In this document: positions 30,261 through 38,708 of the stretch, one piece after another | Position numbering within the stretch: position 1 is the stretch's first letter | How the letters are laid out: each line of letters begins with the position of its first letter | DNA from: an uncultured Eubacteriales bacterium | GTDB lineage: Bacteria; Bacillota; Clostridia; Christensenellales; Borkfalkiaceae | Assembly: GCA_949288785.1 (NCBI GenBank) | Contig: CASELQ010000002.1 | Span: 691 to 64,690 of the forward strand | Length of the DNA: 64,000 nt | Reading direction: 5' to 3' | Translations under genes and position numbers: made by a program | Notes under the pieces: generated by a model | What the model saw: only the letters and a program-made list of their open reading frames with translations | The model's database searches: none | Told to the model about the DNA's origin: nothing

Positions 30261-30719
30261 ATGGCTATAAGAAACATAATTCAGATAGGCGACGAAACGC
30301 TCCGTAAAAAGAGTTTTCCCGTAACCGACTTCGGGGAAAAAACCCGGGCGCTTATAGACGATATGAAAGAAACCCTTAAAAAGGCGGAAGGCGCGGGGCT
30401 TGCCGCGCCGCAGGTGGGCGTGCTCCGCCGCATATTTATAGTAGACGTGGAGGACGGGTATTACGAGTGCGTAAACCCCGTCATCACTGAGATGAAAGGG
30501 AAACAGGTGGGGGAAGAGGCATGCCTTTCGGTGCGCGGGCGACAGGGCGTGGTGGAGCGCCCCATGAAGATAACGGTTACCGCGCAGGACCGGTTCGGAA
30601 AGCCTTTCAAAGTAAAGGTATCCGGGTTCACGGCGCGCGCCTTCTGCCACGAATACGACCATCTTGACGGAATTTTGTACGTGGACAAGGCCAAATCTTT
30701 GGAGGAAACGAGGGATTGA
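30261..30719 (+). CDS. def: peptide deformylase
   Basis: The three deformylase motifs GLAAPQVG, EACLS and HEYDHL are all present. Confidence 0.95.
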   Translation: MAIRNIIQIGDETLRKKSFPVTDFGEKTRALIDDMKETLKKAEGAGLAAPQVGVLRRIFIVDVEDGYYECVNPVITEMKGKQVGEEACLSVRGRQGVVERPMKITVTAQDRFGKPFKVKVSGFTARAFCHEYDHLDGILYVDKAKSLEETRD

Positions 30720-31639
30720 AAATAGTATATCTCGGCACGCCGCAGTTTGCGGTGGCGCCGCTCGAACGGCTTTTAGGGATGAGCGGGGCGGAAGTTATAG
30801 CGGCGGTAACCAATTTAGATAAACCCGTCGGCAGAAAACAGGTTTTAACGCCGCCGCCCGTAAAGGTGCTGGCGCAAAGCCGCGGCATACCCGTGCTGCA
30901 ATATAAGAGCATAAGGAAGGAGGGCGTTTCCGATATTAAGCGCCTTGCGCCCGACCTCATGGTAACGTGCGCCTTCGGGCAGATACTTTCAAAGGAAATT
31001 TTAGATATTCCCCGGCTGGGGGTATTTAATATCCACGGCTCGCTGCTTCCTAAGTACCGCGGCGCATCCCCGGTGCAGTCCGCCATACTTAACGGGGAAA
31101 AGGTTACCGGCATAACGATTATGAAGACGGACGAGGGCATAGATACGGGCGATATTCTGCTAACGGAAAGCGTGAATATCCCGGAAGGCGCTACGAGCGG
31201 GGAACTGTTTGAAATACTGTCGGCGCTCGGGGCGGACTGCATTGAAAAGGCGGTAAAGCTTATAGCGGGCGGAAATTATACGCTCACCCCGCAGGACGGC
31301 GCACAAGCCACGCATACGGGTATCATAAAAAAGGAGCAGGCGTTCACGGACTTTACCGAAAGCGCGGAGAAGTTAGTAAACAAGGTGCGGGCGTTCAATC
31401 CTTCCCCGATAGTCTATACCCTTTTAAACGGGCTGCCCTTAAAGATATACAAAGCGGAAAAAGCGGAGGGGAGCGGCGCCCCCGGAGAAGTGCTTAAAGC
31501 GGAAGGCGAACTGATAGTAGCCTGCGGTGCGGGCGCGGTGCGCCTTTTAACGGTACAAAAATCGGGCGGCAAAGCAATGGGCGCGGCGGAATTTTTGCGC
31601 GGGCAGAGGCTTGTGCGCGGCAGCTTAATAGGAAAATGA
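30716..31639 (+). CDS. fmt: methionyl-tRNA formyltransferase
   Basis: The HGSLLPKYRGASP motif is present. The TTG start overlaps the def stop by 4 nt. Confidence 0.92.
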   Translation: MKIVYLGTPQFAVAPLERLLGMSGAEVIAAVTNLDKPVGRKQVLTPPPVKVLAQSRGIPVLQYKSIRKEGVSDIKRLAPDLMVTCAFGQILSKEILDIPRLGVFNIHGSLLPKYRGASPVQSAILNGEKVTGITIMKTDEGIDTGDILLTESVNIPEGATSGELFEILSALGADCIEKAVKLIAGGNYTLTPQDGAQATHTGIIKKEQAFTDFTESAEKLVNKVRAFNPSPIVYTLLNGLPLKIYKAEKAEGSGAPGEVLKAEGELIVACGAGAVRLLTVQKSGGKAMGAAEFLRGQRLVRGSLIGK

Positions 31640-32883
31640 TAAACCTTTTATACGATTGTTACAGGGTGCTCGGCAAGGTGTACGGAGAGGGCACGTACTT
31701 AAAGCAGGCTCTTACAGAAACGGATACCGAGCCTAAAAACCGCGCGGCAGTCGCCAAGATATGTTACGGCGTGCTGGATAACGACGGCCTTTTGAATTAT
31801 TACATAGCCCGCCTTGCCAAAAAGACCCCAAAGCTCAGCGTGCGCATAGTGTTAAAATGCGCCATGTACGCCATAGAATTTCTGCACAAAAAGCCCTACG
31901 CCGTGGCGGACGGCGCGGTAGAACTCATGAAAAAGATGGGCAAGGGCGGGGCTTCCGGGTTTGTGAACGCAAGTTTAAGGCGGTTCGCGGCGGAGGATAT
32001 TCCGCTCCCCGCGGAGAATACCGAGCGGCTTTCGGTGCAGTATTCCTACCCCATGTTTGCGCTTAAACGGCTGATAGAGAGGTACGGAGCGGAGCGGACT
32101 GAAAAGATAATTTCGGCGGAGTGCGGCGTTACCACCCTGTGTTTTTACGAGACGGACGGGGAGAAATACTTAAAAGAACACAACGCGGAGTTTGAGCGCA
32201 CGCCCTTTTACAACGTGTTTAATTTAAGGCGGTTTACCCGCAATAAAGATTACGATAACGGCGTTTATACCTTTCAGGCGCTGCCATCGGTGGCAATATG
32301 CGATGCGGCGGAGGCGTGCGAAAAGTTGCTGGACTGCTGCGCCGCGCCCGGCGGAAAGAGCGTGCGTATGTCCTATAAGTGCGGGGAGGTCCTTTCGTGG
32401 GACGTGCATCCGCACAGAGTGGAACTCATAAAGAGTTACGGCGCCCGCATGGGGCGGAAAAATATTACGGCAGAGTTGCAGGACGCATCGGTTTTCCGCC
32501 CGGAACTTGCATTTTCTTTTGACGCCGTGCTGTGCGACGCGCCCTGTACGGGGCTGGGCGTGGTGAGGGACGACCCGGATATAAAACTTAACCGCACCGA
32601 ACAAAACCTGTTTGAGCTCGTAAAAAAGCAGCGCGATATTTTAGACGGGGTGTGCGGATACGTTAAAAAGGGCGGATATCTTTATTATTCCACCTGTTCG
32701 GTGCTGTATGAAGAAAATTCCGGGCAAATAAAGGACTTTTTGTCCCGGCATAAGGAATTTGAGCCCTGCCGTACGGGCAGCCCGCTTCCGCACGAAACGG
32801 ATGAGTTCGGCATGACCTTTTTACCCGATATCTCGGGCGGGCTGGGCTTTTATACCGCAAAACTTAAACGAACGGAAAAATAA
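31636..32883 (+). CDS. rsmB: 16S rRNA (cytosine967-C5)-methyltransferase
   Basis: NusB-like N-terminus, SAM motif DCCAAPGGKS, and catalytic Cys motifs DAPCTGLG and YSTCS. Confidence 0.88.
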   Translation: MINLLYDCYRVLGKVYGEGTYLKQALTETDTEPKNRAAVAKICYGVLDNDGLLNYYIARLAKKTPKLSVRIVLKCAMYAIEFLHKKPYAVADGAVELMKKMGKGGASGFVNASLRRFAAEDIPLPAENTERLSVQYSYPMFALKRLIERYGAERTEKIISAECGVTTLCFYETDGEKYLKEHNAEFERTPFYNVFNLRRFTRNKDYDNGVYTFQALPSVAICDAAEACEKLLDCCAAPGGKSVRMSYKCGEVLSWDVHPHRVELIKSYGARMGRKNITAELQDASVFRPELAFSFDAVLCDAPCTGLGVVRDDPDIKLNRTEQNLFELVKKQRDILDGVCGYVKKGGYLYYSTCSVLYEENSGQIKDFLSRHKEFEPCRTGSPLPHETDEFGMTFLPDISGGLGFYTAKLKRTEK

Positions 32884-32911
32884 AGGTCATTACAAAATTT
32901 ACGGGGCGGGT

Positions 32912-34012
32912 ATGAAAGAAACGCTTTTGAGTTTTAATAAAAAAGAACTGGGCGAAGTTATGGCGGCGCTCGGCGAAAAAAGTTACCGCGCAGGTCAGGT
33001 TTTAAGGGCGCAGTCCTCAGGGCTTTGCTTTGATGAAATGACCGAACTTTCAAAGCCCCTCCGCGCGCGGCTGAAAGAGAATTACGGGGACTTTCCCGTT
33101 ATGATAATAAAAACGCTCAAAAGCCGCGACGGCACCGAAAAATACCTCTTTTCGCTTGCGGACGGCAACGTGATAGAGGGCGTGCTTATGAAATATAAGT
33201 ACGGCAACACCCTGTGCGTATCCACGCAGGTGGGGTGCCGCATGAACTGCGCCTTTTGCGCTTCCGGCATAAGCGGGCTCATAAGGAACCTTGATGCGGG
33301 CGAAATATTGGGCGAGGTTATCGCGGTAAACAGAAAGACAGGCGGCGGCCTTAGCGATGAGAGAAAGGTTACAAACGTAGTGCTCATGGGCAGCGGCGAG
33401 CCGCTCGACAACTATGAAAACACCGTAAAATTTTTAAGGCTTTTGGGTGAAAAAGAGGGGCTTAACATGAGCGCGCGCAACGTGAGTTTATCCACGTGCG
33501 GGCTGGTTCCGCAAATGCGTATGCTTGCGGAAGAGGGGCTGCCCGTAAACCTCACCGTATCGTTGCACTCCCCGTTTGACGGGGAGAGGGCAAAAATAAT
33601 GCCCGTTGCAAAGAGCTATTCGATAGCGGAGATATTAGATGCGTGCGCCTATTATTTTTCCCGCACGGGCAGGCGCTATATATTCGAATACGTGCTTATA
33701 GGCGGGGAAAATGCCGATAATCGGCACGCCCGCGCGCTTATCGGGCTGTTAAAGGGCAAGCCCTGCCACGTAAATTTAATACGGCTTAACGACGTAAAGG
33801 AAAAAGGGCTTAAAGGTTGTTCGGAGCGCGATGCGCGCGAATTTTTGCGCGAACTTACCGCGGGCGGGCTTTCCGCCACCTTGCGCCGCCGCATGGGCGA
33901 GGATATAGAGGGCGCCTGCGGACAGCTTAGAAGAAGGTTTTTAAGCGAAGAAACAGGCGCCGATCCCAACGAGGTTTGCGCGGGTAAAACAAAAGAAACG
34001 GGCGGAATATAA
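32912..34012 (+). CDS. rlmN: 23S rRNA/tRNA (adenine-C2)-methyltransferase, radical SAM
   Basis: The radical-SAM cluster motif GCRMNCAFCASG, MGSGEPL and the C-terminal catalytic Cys (GACGQL) are present. Confidence 0.92.
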   Translation: MKETLLSFNKKELGEVMAALGEKSYRAGQVLRAQSSGLCFDEMTELSKPLRARLKENYGDFPVMIIKTLKSRDGTEKYLFSLADGNVIEGVLMKYKYGNTLCVSTQVGCRMNCAFCASGISGLIRNLDAGEILGEVIAVNRKTGGGLSDERKVTNVVLMGSGEPLDNYENTVKFLRLLGEKEGLNMSARNVSLSTCGLVPQMRMLAEEGLPVNLTVSLHSPFDGERAKIMPVAKSYSIAEILDACAYYFSRTGRRYIFEYVLIGGENADNRHARALIGLLKGKPCHVNLIRLNDVKEKGLKGCSERDAREFLRELTAGGLSATLRRRMGEDIEGACGQLRRRFLSEETGADPNEVCAGKTKETGGI

Positions 34013-34160
34013 AAAACTTAAAAAACGGCAAAGCGGGGTAAGTATTAACACGATAAAGCCGCGCCGTAATTTGAAGTTACTATTGCCCGACGGAAACAAG
34101 GAAAAACGGCTTAAACGCCGATTAAAATGATACAGAATATACAGTTAAAAGGAGGCTGAA

Positions 34161-34817
34161 ATGAAACAGATTAAAATTGCGCCGTCTATGCTGTCCGCGG
34201 ACTTTGCGCGGTTCGGGGAAGAAGTGGCAAAGACCGCCGAGAGCGGCGCAGACCTGCTGCATCTTGACGTGATGGACGGCAACTTTGTGAACAATATCTC
34301 GTTCGGACCCAAGTTTATAGAGGAGGCGCGGCCGTTCACCAAAGCCACGTTCGATACCCACCTCATGATACTTAACCCGTGGAAATATATAGACAGGTTT
34401 GTAAAGGCGGGGTCCGATATAGTTACCGTGCATTACGAGGCGTGTAAAGAAAGGCTTAAAGAGACTTTAAAGGCAATAAAGAGCCTGGGCGCAAAATGCG
34501 GCGCGGTAATAAATCCAGATGCGCCGGTATCGGTGCTAAGTAGCGTTATAGAAGAGTGCGATATGGTGCTTTTGATGAGCGTTTTCCCGGGGTTCGGCGG
34601 TCAGGCGTTCATACCCGAAGTGCTGCCCAAAATAAAGGAGGCGGCGGAACTTATTGCCGCAACGGGGAAAGAGATAGACCTTGAGGTGGACGGGGGTATA
34701 AACCTTGAAAACGCCGGGGCGGTAAAGGCGGCGGGCGCAAACGTGCTGGTTGCGGGCAGCACCGTATTTAAGGAAAAGGACAGGGCTGCCATAATAAAGA
34801 AACTGAGAGAGATTTAA
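34161..34817 (+). CDS. rpe: ribulose-phosphate 3-epimerase
   Basis: The HLDVMDGNFV motif is present and the 218-aa length is typical. A strong AAGGAGG RBS is present. Confidence 0.93.
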   Translation: MKQIKIAPSMLSADFARFGEEVAKTAESGADLLHLDVMDGNFVNNISFGPKFIEEARPFTKATFDTHLMILNPWKYIDRFVKAGSDIVTVHYEACKERLKETLKAIKSLGAKCGAVINPDAPVSVLSSVIEECDMVLLMSVFPGFGGQAFIPEVLPKIKEAAELIAATGKEIDLEVDGGINLENAGAVKAAGANVLVAGSTVFKEKDRAAIIKKLREI

Positions 34818-34870
34818 CCTTTTTTGTTTTTTCGGCATATAATATGTTATCTTAATAAAGGGGTAACGCT

Positions 34871-34963
34871 ATGAAAATATGCTGCATCAAACCGCCGATG
34901 ATAATAAGAAAGGTGTTAAGGCTTTTTTTCTGCGGTAAAAACAAAGACCGTAAATGCGCGTAA
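34871..34963 (+). CDS. hypothetical 30-aa cationic Cys-containing peptide (MKICCIKPPMIIRKVLRLFFCGKNKDRKCA)
   Basis: The ATG lies 8 nt after AAGGGG, a TATAAT hexamer sits at about 34847, and the ORF is followed by the hairpin at 34975..35001. I recognise no homology, and it is below the ORF-track cutoff. Confidence 0.2.
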   Translation: MKICCIKPPMIIRKVLRLFFCGKNKDRKCA

Positions 34964-34974
34964 ACCTAAGATAG

Positions 34975-35001
34975 CGCCCCGCGCCTTAATAGCGCGGGGC
35001 G
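34975..35001 (+). terminator. GC-rich hairpin downstream of rpe and the small ORF
   Basis: CGCCCCGCGC-CTTAATA-GCGCGGGGCG. A weak T-tract (GGTTTTAT) follows 9 nt later. Confidence 0.45.
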
Positions 35002-35598
35002 AAACTGCGGTTTTATATTAGAGTATTGTTTTATGGCAAAAGCAGCTTATTTTTGCCGTTTTATATTCTTTCGTACCGGGCTTATAAACTTTTATTAAGA
35101 AAGTCCGTGTCTTAATTTTTCCGTGCTTACCGCCGTTAAGATTATTTAACGGGGACAAGTTTTTTACATCGGGTTAGTGTTTTCCCGGTTCGTTTAATAT
35201 ATCCGCTTAAAATCGCATATATACGTTAATTTATATAGTGGCTTTCCGAATACGGCGGGCCATTTTTTGCAATTATAAATCTTTCTGAATATTTCAGTTA
35301 ATAGAAAAGTTAAATAAACAGTTTTATGCAACATCCTAAATAAACCGTATGAGGATAAACGCCGCTATACTGTAAATTTTTGCACAGAGTATGGCGACTA
35401 TTAAAAATTTTTATTGCGATATTAAAAATACTCGTTACAATGTAAGTATAACGCCTGTACGCACAAAAATTCCTGAAAACCGAAGTTCTTTTATGGAGTA
35501 AAATTAAATTTACAAGTCAGGATTAAAAAGTCAAAAATACAAAAAAATTTTTAAAATTAAAAAATTTTTTAAAACAGGAAAATTTTTCGTAAAAAAGG

Positions 35599-35643
35599 TT
35601 GACTTATTTTTTTATTATGATATAATAATAGTAATCATTATTA
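35599..35643 (+). promoter_or_regulatory. promoter of the Fur-family gene with overlapping Fur/PerR-type box
   Basis: TTGACT (35599), a 16-nt spacer, then TATAAT (35621). A 7-1-7 inverted repeat TAGTAAT-C-ATTATTA (35629..35643) lies immediately downstream and matches Fur/PerR consensus boxes at 11 of 15 positions. Confidence 0.5.
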
Positions 35644-35668
35644 TTTATGATTAATTACGGAGGTTCGG

Positions 35669-36076
35669 ATGAGAAAATCGCGCCAGCGTGAACTCATAAT
35701 AGATATAATCACGGGCAACACCTCGCATCCCACGGCGGAAGCGGTGTATCAAAAAGCGCGCGAAACCGACCCGACCATAAGTTTAGGCACGGTTTACAGG
35801 AACCTCAGGCTTTTGGCGGAGGAAAAAAAGATCCTCACGCTGGAAACTGAAGATAAAAGCCTGCATTACGATTATAACACCGCACCTCACGCGCATTTTA
35901 TTTGCGAGAAGTGCGGGCGGATACTGGATATTTTCGATGAGGACGGAGATACCGGCATGCTATTAAGGGAAAAGGGTTTTACGGTAAAGAGTGCAAAGCG
36001 TATTTATTACGGAGAATGCGGCGATTGCGCAAAAAAGAAAAAATTAAGAGGGAAAGCCCTCGAAAAGGAGATATAA
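35669..36076 (+). CDS. perR: Fur family transcriptional regulator (PerR-like)
   Basis: 135 aa with a winged-helix N-terminus (TVYRNLRLL), the [10 protein letters not shown] and ECGDC structural-zinc CxxC pairs, and a position directly upstream of rubrerythrin. Confidence 0.8.
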   Translation: MRKSRQRELIIDIITGNTSHPTAEAVYQKARETDPTISLGTVYRNLRLLAEEKKILTLETEDKSLHYDYNTAPHAHFICEKCGRILDIFDEDGDTGMLLREKGFTVKSAKRIYYGECGDCAKKKKLRGKALEKEI

Positions 36077-36077
36077 T

Positions 36078-36623
36078 ATGAAAAAATTTGTATGCAGTGT
36101 ATGCGGCTATGTGTATGAAGGGGACGCGGCTCCGGAAAAGTGCCCGCAGTGCGGCGCGCCCGCTTCCAAGTTCACCGAGCAGAGCGGAGAAATGAACTGG
36201 GCGGCAGAGCACGTTGTGGGAGTTGCCAAGGGCGTTGATCCCGAAATCATAGAAGGGCTGCGCATGAACTTTACCGGCGAGTGCACGGAAGTGGGTATGT
36301 ATCTTGCCATGGCGAGGGTTGCACACAGGGAAGGCTATCCCGAAATCGGGCTTTATTGGGAAAAGGCTGCCTATGAAGAGGCCGAGCACGCCGCCAAGTT
36401 TGCAGAGCTCTTGGGTGAAGTTATAACCGATTCCACCGAAAAGAACCTTAAAATGCGCGTAGAGGCGGAAAACGGCGCCACCGCAGGCAAATTCGAGCTT
36501 GCCAAAAAGGCTAAGGCTTTGAATCTGGACGCCATTCACGATACCGTTCACGAAATGGCAAGAGACGAAGCCCGCCACGGCAAAGCGTTTGCGGGATTGC
36601 TCAAAAGATATTTCGGCAAATAA
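36078..36623 (+). CDS. rbr: reverse rubrerythrin (N-terminal rubredoxin-like domain + C-terminal diiron four-helix bundle)
   Basis: The N-terminal CSVCGYVY...CPQCG rubredoxin motif is followed by ferritin-like ExxH motifs ([19 protein letters not shown]). Confidence 0.88.
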   Translation: MKKFVCSVCGYVYEGDAAPEKCPQCGAPASKFTEQSGEMNWAAEHVVGVAKGVDPEIIEGLRMNFTGECTEVGMYLAMARVAHREGYPEIGLYWEKAAYEEAEHAAKFAELLGEVITDSTEKNLKMRVEAENGATAGKFELAKKAKALNLDAIHDTVHEMARDEARHGKAFAGLLKRYFGK

Positions 36624-36670
36624 TTGCATATTTTTAATTGTTCAAATCAACCGAAAACAGATGAAAAAGA

Positions 36671-36709
36671 AACCTATTGGCGGGCAAAATGCCCGCCAAT
36701 AGGTTTTTA
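36671..36709 (+). terminator. rho-independent terminator after rbr
   Basis: AACCTATTGGCGGGC-AAAAT-GCCCGCCAATAGGTT followed by TTTT. Confidence 0.8.
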
Positions 36710-36886
36710 TAAAATGTATAAAGCAATATATTGCTTAATTTATAGGCGGTTCATATGAGCATATGTGCGTGTTAGGGTTGTGCGCTGCATATTCCGAAAA
36801 GCACGTTTTACTATATTTTATGCTTGATATACTATTTATTTTTTGCGCCGAGGGTTTTATAATAATTAAAAAACAGGCAGAAGAGT

Positions 36887-38095
36887 ATGAATAAACTGAA
36901 ATATGCGATAATAGGTTGCGGACGCAGAGGCATGGCGTTGTATAAGGACGGCGCACTCAAAGGCAGGGATGACGCGGTGTGCGTTGCCCTGTGCGACGTT
37001 TATGAGGACAGGCTCAACGCGCTTTCGGAAGAAGTAAAAAAAGATACCGGCAGTTCGCCCGTTCTTTATAATGATTACAGGCGGTGCATAGACGAGGCGG
37101 GCGTTCAGGCGGTGGTCATTTCCACGGCGTGGGATTCTCATCTGGATATTGCCATGTATGCAATGGAACGGGGGATACCCGCCGGTGTAGAGGTAGGCGG
37201 CGCTTACAGTTTAGATTCGCTTTGGCGGCTCGTGCGGTGTTACGAGCGCAGCGGCACGCCGGTAATGCTTTTGGAAAACTGCTGTTACGGGCGGCTTGAA
37301 CTGCTTGCCTTAAATATGAAACGGTTAGGGCTTTTGGGTAAAATCGTTTACTGCGAAGGCGGCTACTGCCACGATTTGAGAGAGCAGATAGCATTCGGGC
37401 TTGAAAACAGGCACTATCGGTTTTTGCAGTATAAAAACCGCAACACCGAAAATTATCCCACTCACGAAATAGGCCCCATCGCAAAGCTTTTAGACATAAA
37501 CTGCGGAAACAGGTTCTTGTCTTTGCACTCCGTCTCTACAAAGTCCGTGGGTATGCAGGAATATATAGAGGCGCACGGCCCGGAGCGGCTTAAAGGGGAA
37601 ACCTTCAATCAGGGAGATATAATAAGCACGACCATTAAATGCCAGAACGGAGAAGCGGTGAATATCGTTTTGGATACTTCGCTTCCGAGATACTATTCCC
37701 GCAGGTTTACCGTGCGCGGTTCCAAGGGGATAATAAGCGAAGACAATATGTCGGTTTACCTTGCTAAGGAGCATAAAGAGGAGATTATTGACTGGTCGTC
37801 GGAATTTAACAATATAAACAAATATTATGAAAAATACGACCATCCGCTGTGGCGTAATTATGACCAGAAGGGCGGGCACGGCGGCCTGGACTGGCTGGTT
37901 ATGACCGCATTTTTCAATGCTGTAAAAGATAAAAAATCCATGCCCGTGGACGTTTACGACATGGCTACGTATATGGCAATCACCGTTCTTGCGGAAGAAT
38001 CGCTGGCAACGGGTAATACCGTATATTTCCCCGATTTTACCGAGGGCAAATGGATGCTCCGCCAAAACAATTTCGCTTCCGAAAACGAGGATTGA
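36887..38095 (+). CDS. Gfo/Idh/MocA family NAD-dependent oxidoreductase, GH109-like, no signal peptide
   Basis: An N-terminal Rossmann motif (YAIIGCGRRG) and a C-terminal alpha/beta domain with GGHGGLDW, resembling the GH109/Gfo-type GGHGG(M/L)D motif. Confidence 0.65.
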   Translation: MNKLKYAIIGCGRRGMALYKDGALKGRDDAVCVALCDVYEDRLNALSEEVKKDTGSSPVLYNDYRRCIDEAGVQAVVISTAWDSHLDIAMYAMERGIPAGVEVGGAYSLDSLWRLVRCYERSGTPVMLLENCCYGRLELLALNMKRLGLLGKIVYCEGGYCHDLREQIAFGLENRHYRFLQYKNRNTENYPTHEIGPIAKLLDINCGNRFLSLHSVSTKSVGMQEYIEAHGPERLKGETFNQGDIISTTIKCQNGEAVNIVLDTSLPRYYSRRFTVRGSKGIISEDNMSVYLAKEHKEEIIDWSSEFNNINKYYEKYDHPLWRNYDQKGGHGGLDWLVMTAFFNAVKDKKSMPVDVYDMATYMAITVLAEESLATGNTVYFPDFTEGKWMLRQNNFASENED

Positions 38096-38256
38096 AAGAA
38101 AAAAGCGTTATAAAACGATTGCCTTTTTTGCAATGCCGGTTTATTATTATTCGGTGCTCGGTGCGGCTGAAAAATAAAATTGTATTTTCAGACGGCTTAA
38201 AGATATAAGTGCGCTTAATTTATTTTATGTAACTGAACTTAATTGATTATGTTTTA

Positions 38257-38282
38257 CGCCCGCCGCAATTTTGCGGCGGGCG
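38257..38282 (+). terminator. terminator hairpin after the Gfo/Idh/MocA gene
   Basis: CGCCCGCCGCAA-TT-TTGCGGCGGGCG followed by GAGTTTTA. Confidence 0.6.
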
Positions 38283-38336
38283 GAGTTTTAAAAGTGTTTC
38301 GGATTTTCGGCAGTAACGGCTGTCAATGTCGGCAGA

Positions 38337-38467
38337 CGCAGTATATCGCCAGCATTTAATATCGGCTGCCGCGGTTTTTAATGTCGATGGCGGCAGTGTT
38401 TAATTTTGGCAGAGTTTAACATGCACAGCCGCAGTATATCGCCAGCATTTAATATCGGCTGCCGCGG
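38337..38467. repeat. two perfect 38-bp direct repeats (38337..38374 and 38430..38467) embedded in a degenerate TTTAAT-headed ~16-33-bp array
   Basis: CGCAGTATATCGCCAGCATTTAATATCGGCTGCCGCGG occurs twice, 93 bp apart. TTTAAT/TTTAAC hexamers sit at 38355, 38377, 38399, 38415 and 38448, each followed by a GGC(A/T)G-type motif. Confidence 0.85.
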
Positions 38468-38607
38468 CGCTTTGGTGCTTTATTATATGGTATGCCGGCT
38501 CATTGTAACTATCGCCGCATAAAGCGGATATTTGCCGTATCGGCGGCCTAACGCAAGCCGATTGCCGCCGTTTTGCGGCGAAAAATGGCGGGAAAGCCTT
38601 TAAACGA

Positions 38608-38637
38608 TTGACAACAAGGGCTTTATAGTAGTAAAAT
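38608..38637 (+). promoter_or_regulatory. sigma-A-like promoter of the ilvBNC operon
   Basis: TTGACA, an 18-nt spacer, then TAAAAT, about 70 nt upstream of the ilvB ATG. Confidence 0.45.
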
Positions 38638-38708
38638 CTTATATAACTTTTAATAATATTACCCTAAAATATATTAAACGTTATAATTTCGTATTGAGAG
38701 GGACGGGT

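Noticed and set aside
38172-38195. CodY-box-like words (ATTTTCAGA at about 38184 and ATTTTCGG at about 38304) upstream of ilvB.
   Set aside because: At most 9-10 of 15 positions of AATTTTCWGAAAATT match, in AT-rich DNA where such matches are expected by chance. The sites also lie far upstream of the predicted promoter.
38337-38467. A possible mini-CRISPR array formed by the two 38-bp repeats.
   Set aside because: There are only two copies. The 55-bp spacer itself contains degenerate copies of the repeat words. There are no cas genes in the window and no leader-like organisation.
38470-38708. A T-box riboswitch or Ile/Val/Leu leader-peptide attenuator upstream of ilvB.
   Set aside because: No T-box sequence (AGGGUGGNACCGCG-like), specifier-loop architecture or BCAA-rich mini-ORF is visible. 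The best promoter (38608..38637) leaves only a ~70-nt AT-rich leader.
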